Of a stretch of 64,000 nucleotides of DNA, positions 1 through 10,063 are shown piece after piece. This DNA comes from Acutalibacteraceae bacterium (GTDB lineage Bacteria > Bacillota > Clostridia > Oscillospirales > Acutalibacteraceae): positions 4,320 to 68,319 of the forward strand of contig JAZRIG010000040.1 of the NCBI GenBank assembly GCA_045645145.1. The letters run 5' to 3'. Both the position numbers and the translations under genes were made by a program. A model generated the notes under the pieces. It was not told the origin of the DNA. It searched no databases and saw only the letters and a list, made by a program, of their open reading frames with translations. How positions within the stretch are numbered: position 1 is the first letter of the stretch; every line of letters starts with the position of its first letter.

Positions 1-186
1 CGCGCCGAGGCTTTTGCGGAGCCTCTGTTACGGGCATTAAATATCAAATACCCTAATTTACAATAGTTACTTTATAAGGGAGATGTTGCATTCTCCCTGC
101 AACTTTTTGAACATTTAGTAAATATTTTGTGAACAAATTATGAACGCAGCAACTTTTTGTGTAAGTTTTACAAACATTTTGCAATG

Positions 187-834
187 CTATTGTGCATTTT
201 TGACAACAGAAATCAGTTCCTTCAAGTTATCAATCAACGGCACATTTGCCGCTTTCAGCCTGTCCGGATGCTCATGTCCGCTTGTTAAAAGCACGCAATC
301 GGCGCCTAATTCGGCAGCCATTTCGGCATCATGCATAAGGTCACCCACAACGAGAACTCTGCCCTTTTCGGCACCGTTTTTTTGAAGATATTCTGCAGCT
401 CTTTCAATTTTGGAACCTGCGAAATAATCCCCTGCGCCAAGCACGGCATCAAAGTAATCAAACACCCCGTATTTTTTTGCATTAAGGCAAAGTTGCTCAT
501 TATTTGATGAAGAAACAATAGCCTGTTTCAGCCCGTTGTTCCCGAAAAATTCCAGAGCATCAACCGCGCCTTCGGTCAGCGAGCAGCTCTCAAGATGGCG
601 AAGATAGCCCTCATTATATTGTTTTATAATCACAGAATAGTCTTCTTTATCCATATCAAAAACTTTTTCATAAAATTTTATAATCGGAACTCCGATGCAT
701 TCTTTATAATAAACATTATTAATATGTGTTTTTCCGCGCAATTCGAGCATATCATTAACGCTTGCCAGCGAGGCTCCGATATCATTAAGCAAAGTGCCGT
801 TCCAATCCCAAATAATATGTGTATATTTCAGCAT
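187..834 (-). CDS. HAD-superfamily hydrolase (phosphoglycolate phosphatase-like)
   Basis: N-terminal DWNGTL (HAD motif I variant), SSS motif II, K, and GDLMHD motif IV. Confidence 0.85.
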   Translation of the reverse strand: MLKYTHIIWDWNGTLLNDIGASLASVNDMLELRGKTHINNVYYKECIGVPIIKFYEKVFDMDKEDYSVIIKQYNEGYLRHLESCSLTEGAVDALEFFGNNGLKQAIVSSSNNEQLCLNAKKYGVFDYFDAVLGAGDYFAGSKIERAAEYLQKNGAEKGRVLVVGDLMHDAEMAAELGADCVLLTSGHEHPDRLKAANVPLIDNLKELISVVKNAQ

Positions 835-893
835 TCGGACTCCTTTATATTGATATTTATTAATGTTTTTGTTAATATTATAATGGTGATTAT

Positions 894-1202
894 ATGAGTA
901 CTTTCGAAAAAATATATGAAGCTGTTAAAAAAATTCCGCGCGGAAAAGTCTGCACATACGGCCATATAGCCGCAATGGCAGGGAATCCGCGCTGGTCACG
1001 GGTTGTAGGCTATGCCCTGCATGTTAATCCTGAACCGGGCACTATCCCCTGTCACCGAGTTGTTACAAGAAACGGAGAGGTTTCAAAAGCATTCGCATTT
1101 GGCGGCGAAAACATGCAGCGTTTACTGCTTACCGAAGAGGGCGTCGAGTTCCTTGAAGACGGCAGGGTTGACCTGAAACGCTTCATCTGGCTTGGGGAAT
1201 AA
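894..1202 (+). CDS. Small MGMT-family O6-alkylguanine-DNA alkyltransferase (C-terminal domain only)
   Basis: IPRGKVCTYG, RVVGYAL HTH, PCHRV active-site motif. Confidence 0.88.
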   Translation: MSTFEKIYEAVKKIPRGKVCTYGHIAAMAGNPRWSRVVGYALHVNPEPGTIPCHRVVTRNGEVSKAFAFGGENMQRLLLTEEGVEFLEDGRVDLKRFIWLGE

Positions 1203-1204
1203 TA

Positions 1205-1705
1205 TCACAAGCCCAGCTTTTGTTGAAGCTCAATAATCTCCATAAGTTCAAGGCTGACCGCTTTCATATATTCCAACATTTTTTTATCACGCGCAAGATA
1301 ACGGGCCGTTTTTCTGACTTCTCTTATAAAGGAAGGGTCGAGCGGCTCGTTTTTTCGCGCCAAAGGACACATATTTGCACGCGGGTCATAAACTACCTCA
1401 AATTTCAGTTCGCCGTCCGCTTCATAAACCAACGGGAACAGCGGAAATATGCGGCATGCAAGCGGTCTTTCCGCTCTGTTGCATTCGCCTGAACAAATAA
1501 CCATGGGATAGCCGTAGTTTCCCTCGGTTTCACAAACCTCAAATCCCTCTTTTCCCTCAAACAATTCTTCTTCATGAGGGTAAAGCCACATGCCTTGACA
1601 GTCGCCACGGCAGCAAAGGCCGTCACAGAGTCTGCCGCAGTTATAAAATCCGAGCGGTGTTTTGTGATAAAGCCGCTCATAAGCATTCTTTAAAAGTTCA
1701 TTCAT
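1205..1705 (-). CDS. Cys-rich YkgJ-like (CxxxCxxxCC) putative Zn/Fe-S protein
   Basis: CGRLCDGLCC ... CSGEC..RPLACRIFP...C pattern; 4-bp overlap with upstream GH84 gene. Confidence 0.65.
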   Translation of the reverse strand: MNELLKNAYERLYHKTPLGFYNCGRLCDGLCCRGDCQGMWLYPHEEELFEGKEGFEVCETEGNYGYPMVICSGECNRAERPLACRIFPLFPLVYEADGELKFEVVYDPRANMCPLARKNEPLDPSFIREVRKTARYLARDKKMLEYMKAVSLELMEIIELQQKLGL

Positions 1706-3369
1706 AATGTCAGCATCCTTTCAGCAAACGCCTGAAGCGAGAAATCACACAAAGTTTTTGGATGATTAAGATATTTTTGCAAAACATTTCTTGCATTCTC
1801 TTTGTTTTTTTCGGAATTATCTCCGAGAAGCGAAAGAGAAGTTTTGATTACATCAAGCGCAATAAACTGCTTTTCCGCCCAAGGGCGAAGCTCCGAAATC
1901 AAAGCTGTGTCAAGGGTTTTAAGCTGTTCACAGCATTTTTCAAGCTTCTCAGTATATTCTGCCATTGTCAAAAAGGCTCCGTTCATGTCACCTGCAAACA
2001 GCCTTTGCTGTGCATCGTTAAGCGCGGTATTAAGCATAGGCGAATTTTCCACCTTAAGGCAAGAGGTCAGCAAATTATCAAAAAACGGCATTAAAAGCTC
2101 TTTTTCCTCTTTTCCGAGAACAATTTCACAGGCTTTATTCCATGACTCAAAGCCTTTATACGCAAGAGGATTCCACAAATAGTCACAAACTGTAAGTAAA
2201 GGTATAACACTTGACATCGCATATTCCATAACATTGGAAATAACACCTTCGGAATAGCGGAACAAATCCTTATCTCTGCCGTTGATATAGCCCAAATGCA
2301 TCTCATTATACATTTCCGCATCGTTTACTGGGAAGTTATCCCAGTAAAGCGGCTTATGATTGGTTGAATTCTCAAAAACGATTGCTTCTTTGACAGTCAG
2401 TTCCTGAGAACAGATATTTTTGCCGGTCCAGAAAAGGCTGACATCTGAGGGGATTCCTTTGCCGAGCTTTGAAACATAATATTCCTCACCCGTTCCGTGA
2501 TAAACAAGCGGGCAGACTGTAAGTGAGCAAGTCTTATCAATGTTTTTCAAAAAAGCATAAAATTTATTGATAAGATATATATGTGCATTGACCGCCTCGC
2601 CGTCAAAAGCAGCTTTGTCCTCTTCAAAATACAGATTTTCAGGAATATCGTCAACCAACAAACCAAAGTTTCTGATTCCGATATCGTAAAGTTGTTTCGC
2701 TTTACAAGCAAGTTTGTCAAAATGTGTTTCAGAAGAATATTTCATGCTCAGACCGGGCGCAATACAGAAATGAAAATCCACAAAATTTTTGCGGCAAATT
2801 TCTGCAATTTCAGTAAGCTGTGAAAGCTCCTTTTCAGGATATAATTCATCCCATTTATCCCTGTGATAAGGGTCATCTTTCGGGGCATAATAGTATGTGT
2901 TCATACCGTTAAACGCCATTTTTTCTATCATAAATCTGCGCACATCATGAGGCCACGGTTTGCCGTAAAACCCTTCTATATAGCCTCTTTTGGCAAACAA
3001 AGGATAGTCCTCGACCGTGCCGACGGGAAAGCTTTCATCCAAACTCATCGCTATGATTCTGTTAAGCGCTCTGAAAAGAGACTTTTTGCCCGACACGGTA
3101 ACGGTGAGCTGCATTCCGCCGTCGCATTTTTCACCGCTAATAAAGTATTTTTCATCGGTCAGACGATATGCCTCATCAATATATTCTGTTCTGATTGTGT
3201 TTTCTTTAACAACATTTATGTAAAGTGTTTCGCCTTTACTGTTAAGCTGTATTTTTTTGCTGCAGATATCTCGAGTATATTCACTTGCATATCCGCAGGA
3301 AACGATTTCAGATGGCAAAAACTCAACCCATTCGCTTATATTAACCTTTTGAAAAGCAGGATAAATCAT
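1702..3369 (-). CDS. GH84 beta-N-acetylglucosaminidase (O-GlcNAcase-like), no signal peptide
   Basis: RGYIEGFYGKPW, YYYAPKDDPYHR, catalytic DD (LLVDDIP), WTG, WDNFPVND motifs. Confidence 0.9.
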   Translation of the reverse strand: MIYPAFQKVNISEWVEFLPSEIVSCGYASEYTRDICSKKIQLNSKGETLYINVVKENTIRTEYIDEAYRLTDEKYFISGEKCDGGMQLTVTVSGKKSLFRALNRIIAMSLDESFPVGTVEDYPLFAKRGYIEGFYGKPWPHDVRRFMIEKMAFNGMNTYYYAPKDDPYHRDKWDELYPEKELSQLTEIAEICRKNFVDFHFCIAPGLSMKYSSETHFDKLACKAKQLYDIGIRNFGLLVDDIPENLYFEEDKAAFDGEAVNAHIYLINKFYAFLKNIDKTCSLTVCPLVYHGTGEEYYVSKLGKGIPSDVSLFWTGKNICSQELTVKEAIVFENSTNHKPLYWDNFPVNDAEMYNEMHLGYINGRDKDLFRYSEGVISNVMEYAMSSVIPLLTVCDYLWNPLAYKGFESWNKACEIVLGKEEKELLMPFFDNLLTSCLKVENSPMLNTALNDAQQRLFAGDMNGAFLTMAEYTEKLEKCCEQLKTLDTALISELRPWAEKQFIALDVIKTSLSLLGDNSEKNKENARNVLQKYLNHPKTLCDFSLQAFAERMLTL

Positions 3370-4103
3370 AACGATTTGATTTCCTTTCTGTATTTTGCGA
3401 TATACGCATTGTTAATCTCATCGCCGCCGTCAACATTGCTGCTGGAGAACACCTCGGGCGTATAGCCGTCCGCAACCATCAGTTCAACCGCTCTTGCTTC
3501 AATTGCATTAAGAATTGCCGCACCCGCAGCGGTTGATGTAGGAGCAACGCTCCTGTTAATTTCTTCAACTCTGATTGAAGCATCTCCGTAGCAGCCGCAG
3601 TTATCAATAACTATTGTGCCAAGCTCAAACAGCTTTTTGCCGCTTGAATGCCTTGATGCACCCTGCATCGTATGCTCCATATTGGTTATAACAACCGTTT
3701 TTACTCCTCTGTCCTTTGCAATCAGAGCAAAATCAATGGCAACGCCGTTTCTGCCTGAATTGGAAAACAGAAAAAGAATATCGTTTTGTTTGATTGAATG
3801 ATGGTCAAAAAGAATTTCGCCGTAGCCTTCAAGGCGTTCCAGCTCCGTGCTTTTTGCAGCGCTTTCATGAAGCATCAGCGAAGATTCAAGAATCGGGTTA
3901 ACATTAACCAGACCGCCCGCACGGTAAAATATCTCCTCCGCAAGGATATGGGAATGTCCAGTGCCGAAGGTGTGAACTCTGCCGCCGTTTTTGAGGGTAT
4001 CCGCAACGGCTCTTGCGGCCTTTTCTATATTTTCGAGCTGCTCCGACATAATGCGGGCAAGTATTTTTTGCAGATTTTCAAAATATTCAATAGATTTAGA
4101 CAT
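3366..4103 (-). CDS. SIS-domain sugar isomerase-like protein (UPF0309 type)
   Basis: FGTGHSH, EEIFYRAGGL, SNSGRN motifs; ATG at 4103 preceded by GGAGGG. Confidence 0.85.
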   Translation of the reverse strand: MSKSIEYFENLQKILARIMSEQLENIEKAARAVADTLKNGGRVHTFGTGHSHILAEEIFYRAGGLVNVNPILESSLMLHESAAKSTELERLEGYGEILFDHHSIKQNDILFLFSNSGRNGVAIDFALIAKDRGVKTVVITNMEHTMQGASRHSSGKKLFELGTIVIDNCGCYGDASIRVEEINRSVAPTSTAAGAAILNAIEARAVELMVADGYTPEVFSSSNVDGGDEINNAYIAKYRKEIKSL

Positions 4104-4235
4104 ATTACCCTCCAAAACAATTATTTTATTTTATTCTAAACGTTATGAGCGCAAATATCAAGTTTTTTTGAAAATAACTTTATTTTTATTACCTTGTATG
4201 TTATACTTTTATAAATTGGAAGAAAGGTGTAATTT

Positions 4236-5669
4236 ATGAAACGAAGAAGCGGAATTTTGATGCATATTTCCTCTCTCTACGGAGAGTATTCCATCGGTAC
4301 ATTCGGAAAAAATGCATTTGAATTTATAGATTTTCTTGTTGATTCGGGTTTTTCGGTGTGGCAGGTTTTGCCTTTCACCGTTACCGATGAATACAATTCC
4401 CCTTACAAATCATTTTCAGCATTCGGCGGTAACCCTTATTTCATAGATCCAGAAAAGCTGTTTGATGACGGGCTCATCACGGCAGAAGATTTAAAAGAAT
4501 GCAAGCAAAAAACTCCGTATTCCTGTGAATTCGAAAGACTTGCAAAAGAGCGAATGCCCCTGTTGAAAAAAGCATATAAAAATTTTAAAAATCATCAAGC
4601 TGTTGAAGAATTCATTGCTTCGCATCCCAGAATTGAGGCATTCTGCAGATTCATGACCCTCAGAGAACAAAACAACTGCAAACCGTGGCAGGAATGGGAA
4701 AATGAAGAAATAACAGATTCAGAAACACTCGGCACTTGGCAATTCATTCAATATGAATTTTTCACTCAATGGGCAAAAATCAAGGAATATGCCAACTCCA
4801 AGGGAATCAGCATAATCGGTGATATTCCCATTTATGTTTCGGACGACAGCTGCGACGTTTGGGAGAATCGCGGACTTTTTGACATTGATGAAAAAGGCTA
4901 TCCTTCAATGGTAGCAGGAGTTCCGCCCGATTATTTTGCCGAGGACGGCCAGCTTTGGGGAAATCCTCTCTATGCATGGGACGAAATGAAAAAGGATGGC
5001 TTTGCATGGTGGAAAGAGAGAATCGACCACGCGCTTAACATGTTTGACGGTGTGAGAATTGACCATTTCAGGGCAATTGAATCCTATTGGGCAGTTGACG
5101 CAAACGAAACAACAGCAAGAAACGGCAAATGGCTCAAAGGCCCCGGTATTGAATTCATAAATACAATAAAAGCAGGCCATGAAGATAAGCTGATTATAGC
5201 CGAAGATTTGGGCGACATTACAGACGAAGTGCGTGCGCTGGTTGAAGAAAGCGGTTTCCCCGGAATGCGCGTTTTCCAATTCGGATTTCTTGACAGCGGC
5301 AACAGCATTCACATGCCTCACAACTATATTCAAAACTCGGTTGCATATTCGGGAACACACGATAACAACACTCTTTTCGGCTTTCTGTGGGAAAGCAGCG
5401 ATGAGGTTCGCAACAGAGCGTTGGAATACTGCGGCTTTGGCGGCGGTGACTGGGGCAGCGCAAGTCCGCTGTTTTTAAGAGCAATATTCGCAAGTGTAAG
5501 CAACCTTGCAATAATACCGATTCAGGATTTCCTGATGTATGGCTCCGACACAAGAATAAACACACCCGGCGTTGCTAAAGGTAATTGGAGCTACAGAGTA
5601 ACAAAAGAACAGCTCTTGAATGCAGACAAAGAATTTTTTAAATCATTAAACAGAATTTATAAAAGGTAA
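4236..5669 (+). CDS. malQ: 4-alpha-glucanotransferase (GH77)
   Basis: RRSGILMHISSL, GDIPIYV, GVPPDYF, GQLWGNP, RIDHFR, AEDLG, GTHDN. Confidence 0.95.
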   Translation: MKRRSGILMHISSLYGEYSIGTFGKNAFEFIDFLVDSGFSVWQVLPFTVTDEYNSPYKSFSAFGGNPYFIDPEKLFDDGLITAEDLKECKQKTPYSCEFERLAKERMPLLKKAYKNFKNHQAVEEFIASHPRIEAFCRFMTLREQNNCKPWQEWENEEITDSETLGTWQFIQYEFFTQWAKIKEYANSKGISIIGDIPIYVSDDSCDVWENRGLFDIDEKGYPSMVAGVPPDYFAEDGQLWGNPLYAWDEMKKDGFAWWKERIDHALNMFDGVRIDHFRAIESYWAVDANETTARNGKWLKGPGIEFINTIKAGHEDKLIIAEDLGDITDEVRALVEESGFPGMRVFQFGFLDSGNSIHMPHNYIQNSVAYSGTHDNNTLFGFLWESSDEVRNRALEYCGFGGGDWGSASPLFLRAIFASVSNLAIIPIQDFLMYGSDTRINTPGVAKGNWSYRVTKEQLLNADKEFFKSLNRIYKR

Positions 5670-5674
5670 CGAAA

Positions 5675-6934
5675 ATGAAGAATTTTTTTGAAATAAGTGA
5701 AAAAGTACAGATTGCAAGCAACTTCGCTCTGGAAAAAGCGAGAGAAAAGTTTGCAGAAATTGAAGATATAACCGAATACAATCAGCAAAAGGTGCTTGCG
5801 GCATTTATCAACAACAGAGTCAGCGAAGCTGATTTTGCGGGCTCAACGGGTTACGGCTACGGCGACACAGGCAGAGAAAAGCTTGACAGAATCTATGCCG
5901 ATATTTTCGGCGCAGAGGATGCAATAGTACGCCACAGCTTCACCTGCGGCACTCATACCCTTGCCGTTGCTCTTTTCGGCATTTTACGTCCCGGCGACAC
6001 AATGCTCTGCGTCACGGGAACTCCCTATGACACGATTCACAGCGTTATCGGTATCAGCGGCGAGGGCATGGGTTCCCTTAAAGACTTTGGGGTAAAATAT
6101 GCGCAGGTTGACCTTGATAAAAACGGCAGACCTGACCTTGCGGCGATTGAAGAGGCTCTTAAAACAAATCCGAAGATGGTTTATATCCAGCGTTCGAGAG
6201 GCTACAGCCTGCGCCCGAGCCTTTCCGTTGAGGAAATCGGCGAAATAGCACAGCTTGTGCATTCAAAAAGTGATGCGGTTGTTATGGTTGACAATTGCTA
6301 CGGCGAGCTTGTTGAAAAAGCAGAGCCTACCGATGTCGGTGCAGACCTTATGGCAGGTTCTCTCATTAAAAACGCCGGCGGTTCAATTGCAAGAACCGGC
6401 GGCTACATAGCAGGAAAAAAAGAGCTTGTTGAGCTTTGCGCTTACAGAGCAACCACTCCCGGCCTGGGCAAAGAGGTTGGCTGCACACTCGGCGAAAACA
6501 GAAACATGTTTATGGGCATTTTCCATGCTCCTCATGTTGTTGGTGAATCGCTCAAAGCAGCGGTTTTTGCCGCTGCGCTGTTTGAAAACTTCGGTTTTGA
6601 GGTTACGCCTTCAAGCAGCGAAAGCCGCCACGACATTATTCAGGCTCTCTGTCTTGAGAATTCAGACAGGCTTGTTGAATTCTGCCGAGGAATTCAAAGC
6701 GGCGCTCCCGTTGATTCTTATGTTTCGCCCGAGCCGTGGGATATGCCGGGATATGACAGCAAGGTTATCATGGCGGCAGGCGCATTCATACTCGGCTCAT
6801 CAATTGAGCTTTCCGCAGACGCGCCTCTGCGCGAACCTTATGCAGTCTGGATGCAGGGTGGCATCAACTTCCATTCGGCCAAAACGGCAATAATGCTGGC
6901 GGCTGAAAAACTCTGCCAAAAGGGGCTGATTTGA
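5675..6934 (+). CDS. Methionine gamma-lyase family / aluminium-resistance (YnbB-like) PLP enzyme
   Basis: GYGYGDTGRE, IQRSRGYS, VDNCYGE, GSLIKN, SSIELSADAP. Confidence 0.88.
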   Translation: MKNFFEISEKVQIASNFALEKAREKFAEIEDITEYNQQKVLAAFINNRVSEADFAGSTGYGYGDTGREKLDRIYADIFGAEDAIVRHSFTCGTHTLAVALFGILRPGDTMLCVTGTPYDTIHSVIGISGEGMGSLKDFGVKYAQVDLDKNGRPDLAAIEEALKTNPKMVYIQRSRGYSLRPSLSVEEIGEIAQLVHSKSDAVVMVDNCYGELVEKAEPTDVGADLMAGSLIKNAGGSIARTGGYIAGKKELVELCAYRATTPGLGKEVGCTLGENRNMFMGIFHAPHVVGESLKAAVFAAALFENFGFEVTPSSSESRHDIIQALCLENSDRLVEFCRGIQSGAPVDSYVSPEPWDMPGYDSKVIMAAGAFILGSSIELSADAPLREPYAVWMQGGINFHSAKTAIMLAAEKLCQKGLI

Positions 6935-6935
6935 C

Positions 6936-7619
6936 ATGGAATATAAAGGCATTACCCGTGACGATTTATTTCGCCTTGCGGATAACCGTTTCAGAAACTC
7001 CAAAGCATACTACGAAGAAAACAAAGAAATCATAAAAAGCACGGTAACGGTTCCCATGCGGCAGCTTGCGGGAATAATCGGAGAAGAGCTTCTTACCGTT
7101 GACCCTATGCTTAACACAATACCTACAAAGATGGTTTCGCGCGTTCGCCGCGACACAAGATACACCAAGGATAAATCGCTTTATCGCGAAAACATGTGGA
7201 TAATGTTCATGCGTCCGAAGCATGAATGGCACGGATATCCCTGCTTTTGGTTTGAGGTTACTCCCGTTAATTATTCATTAGGTATCGGTTTTTACGGAGA
7301 TGAACCTGGTCTGTTGGAAACATTCAGAAAAGCCCTGCGGAAAAGACCTGATGAATTCAAAAAAGCTGCTCAGAAATGCGAAAAAACAGGCTCTGTCATG
7401 TTTAAAAACAGTTATAAAAGGCCATTCCCGGACTGCCCCGAAGGGCTTGAAAAATATTATAATCTCAAAGATGTCGGTTTTATAAAATTTTCAGATAATC
7501 TTGATGACCTTGCCGATGAAACCATTATCGGCATTCTGAGAGAAACTTATAAAGCATATACACCGATGTATAAATTCCTGCTCAGCGTTTCCGATGAATA
7601 TTTCTCAAAGGAGGAATAA
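6936..7619 (+). CDS. DUF2461 family protein
   Basis: SRVRRDTRYTKDKSLYRE motif; N..AYYEENK N-terminus. Confidence 0.75.
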   Translation: MEYKGITRDDLFRLADNRFRNSKAYYEENKEIIKSTVTVPMRQLAGIIGEELLTVDPMLNTIPTKMVSRVRRDTRYTKDKSLYRENMWIMFMRPKHEWHGYPCFWFEVTPVNYSLGIGFYGDEPGLLETFRKALRKRPDEFKKAAQKCEKTGSVMFKNSYKRPFPDCPEGLEKYYNLKDVGFIKFSDNLDDLADETIIGILRETYKAYTPMYKFLLSVSDEYFSKEE

Positions 7620-7620
7620 T

Positions 7621-9138
7621 ATGGACTATTCAAAGTTCAAAAGCGGCAGCGACATAAGAGGCTATGCGCTCGGAGATGAATCAAATCCGCTCTATATGAG
7701 CGATGAAATGGTTATGAGAGTTTCTGCGGCCTTTCTTTTGTGGCTTAAGAAAAAAACAGGCAAAGAAAAGCTTTATGTTTCGGTTGGACATGACAGCCGT
7801 CTTTCAGCTGAAAGAATCAAAAATGCGGTTATAAAGACTCTTGTTTCAAACGGGGCAAGCGTTGCAGACTGCGGCCTTTCTTCAACACCCGCCATGTTTA
7901 TGACAACCGTTGAGATGGGCTGTGATGCTGCGGTGCAAATCACGGCAAGCCACCATCCCAAAGACAGAAACGGCCTTAAGTTTTTCACCCGTGAGGGCGG
8001 ACTTGACGGCATCGATATTGCCGATATTCTTGCAGCCGCATCAGAAACAAAAAATCCTGTCGGCAACGAAAACGGAGAATGCGTACCCTGCAGCTTTATG
8101 AAACGCTATTCGGAAATTCTTCGCGAAATGATAATCGCAGGCGTTGATGACAAAGCAGACAAACCTCACCCTCTCAAAGGAATGAAAATAGTTGTGGATG
8201 CAGGTAACGGCGTTGGCGGATTCTATGCCCGAGATGTACTTGCACCTCTCGGTGCCGATATAAGCGGCAGCCTTTATCTTGACCCTGACGGTAACTTCCC
8301 TAATCACGCACCGAATCCCGAAAACGCAGAAGCCATGGACTGCATTTCCAAAGCAACAATTGCGGCAAATGCAGACTTCGGAATAATATTTGATACAGAT
8401 GTTGACAGAGCGGCATGTGTTGGCAGAGGCGGACTTGAAATTAACCGCAACAGGCTGGTTGCTCTTGCCTCAAAAATTGCTTTGAATGCCTGCCCCGGCG
8501 GAACAATCGTTACAGACAGCGTAACCTCCGACGGGCTTGCGGAATTCATTGCAGAAAACGGCGGAACTCACCTGCGGTTTAAGCGCGGCTACCGCAACGT
8601 CATCAACAAGCAAATTGAGCTTGAAAAAAGCGGCATCAAATGCCCTCTCGCTATGGAAACCTCGGGGCATGCAGCGTTTGCGGAAAACTATTATCTTGAT
8701 GACGGCGCATACCTTATCACAAAACTGATAATCGAAGCTGCCGCCCTTGCAAAGAGCGGAAATAGCCTTGATAATCTGATTGAAACTCTTCGCGAACCTG
8801 TTGAAGAAAAAGAGCTTCGTTTTAAAATACTTTGCGATGATTTTCGCCCCGAGGGAGAAAAAATCATTTCGCTTTTTGAAAACGCAGCAAGAGAAAAATG
8901 CGGTTGGAATGCCGCAACTGATAATCATGAGGGAATCAGAATCAAAACAGATAACTCCTGCGGAAACGGCTGGTTTCTTATCCGCCTGAGCGTTCATGAC
9001 CCCATAATTGTTCTCAATTCCGAAAGCGACGAGACGGGCGGAATAATGAAAATGTGCAAAGATATTTTCGGCATCATTTCTGCTGCGGAAAATCTTGATA
9101 AGCTCGATATATCGGCACTAACCGATTATATAAAATAA
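7621..9138 (+). CDS. Phosphomannomutase/phosphoglucomutase
   Basis: SGSDIRG, TASHHP phosphoserine loop, DTDVDR metal motif, ETSGH; ATG 7621 after GGAGG. Confidence 0.92.
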   Translation: MDYSKFKSGSDIRGYALGDESNPLYMSDEMVMRVSAAFLLWLKKKTGKEKLYVSVGHDSRLSAERIKNAVIKTLVSNGASVADCGLSSTPAMFMTTVEMGCDAAVQITASHHPKDRNGLKFFTREGGLDGIDIADILAAASETKNPVGNENGECVPCSFMKRYSEILREMIIAGVDDKADKPHPLKGMKIVVDAGNGVGGFYARDVLAPLGADISGSLYLDPDGNFPNHAPNPENAEAMDCISKATIAANADFGIIFDTDVDRAACVGRGGLEINRNRLVALASKIALNACPGGTIVTDSVTSDGLAEFIAENGGTHLRFKRGYRNVINKQIELEKSGIKCPLAMETSGHAAFAENYYLDDGAYLITKLIIEAAALAKSGNSLDNLIETLREPVEEKELRFKILCDDFRPEGEKIISLFENAAREKCGWNAATDNHEGIRIKTDNSCGNGWFLIRLSVHDPIIVLNSESDETGGIMKMCKDIFGIISAAENLDKLDISALTDYIK

Positions 9139-9150
9139 GGAGGAATAAAA

Positions 9151-10044
9151 ATGATTGACAAAATAATCAGCGCTTTTTTTGCGTTGGTAACGGCAATTCT
9201 TTCGCTGTTCTACACCCCGACACCCGTAACTCCGGTGAACCCCGCAAAAATTCCCGAAGCTGGCAAATCGCAGGCTGTTACCATCATGAGTTACAACGTT
9301 TATATTAAGGGTACGGGTGAAAAATCACCTGAAAACAGAACTGATGAAGTTGTTGCAAACATTAAAAAATACAGTCCCGATTCTTTTGGCCTGCAGGAAG
9401 CAGACGAAGGCTGGATGGAGCGTCTGCCTGCCGAACTTTCGGAATATGCTTATGTGGGAATAGGCAGAAATTCAAACAATGGCGGCGGAGAAGCAAGTCC
9501 TGTTTTCTATAAGAAAGATAAATATGAGTTGCTTGATTTCGGCACATTCTGGCTGTCAAAAACTCCCGAAAAAGCCTCAAAGGCATGGGATGCAATGTTC
9601 AAGAGAATCTGCACTTATGCCATACTTAAAGATAAACAAACAGGATTCACTTACGCTCATTTTAATGCCCATTTTGACCACATGGGAGTTATTGCAAGAA
9701 GCGAATCTGTTGCTGTTGTAACCAAAAAAATCGCAGAAATCGCGCCGAATATCCCTGTTATTTTCTCAGGTGACTTCAATGACGAAGAAGGCGGAGACGC
9801 TTATAACCGCGTGCTTGAAAGCGGTTTCAAGGACACAAAGAAGCTCGCTCAGACTGCCGATAATTGCGCAACATATCACGGATATTCCGAAATGCTTGAA
9901 AAAACACTTCCCATCGACTATATTTTTGTTAATGCTTTTGTTTCAGATGTTAAAAGCTACACGGTTGACACAACAAAAATCAACGGTATTTATCCCTCAG
10001 ACCATCATCCGGTTATTTCAAATCTGACACTTATTAACAGTTAA
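9151..10044 (+). CDS. Endonuclease/exonuclease/phosphatase (EEP) family protein 1, hydrophobic N-terminus
   Basis: SYNV, PDSFGLQEA, HFNAHFDH, GDFN, IDYIF, SDH. Confidence 0.9.
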   Translation: MIDKIISAFFALVTAILSLFYTPTPVTPVNPAKIPEAGKSQAVTIMSYNVYIKGTGEKSPENRTDEVVANIKKYSPDSFGLQEADEGWMERLPAELSEYAYVGIGRNSNNGGGEASPVFYKKDKYELLDFGTFWLSKTPEKASKAWDAMFKRICTYAILKDKQTGFTYAHFNAHFDHMGVIARSESVAVVTKKIAEIAPNIPVIFSGDFNDEEGGDAYNRVLESGFKDTKKLAQTADNCATYHGYSEMLEKTLPIDYIFVNAFVSDVKSYTVDTTKINGIYPSDHHPVISNLTLINS

Positions 10045-10063
10045 ATAAAAGGAGAGTTTAATT

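Noticed and set aside
3366-4103. SIS protein as the missing GmhA
   Set aside because: Has the UPF0309-type FGTGHS/YRAGGL motifs rather than GmhA GNGGS, lies 24 kb away and is coupled to GH84.
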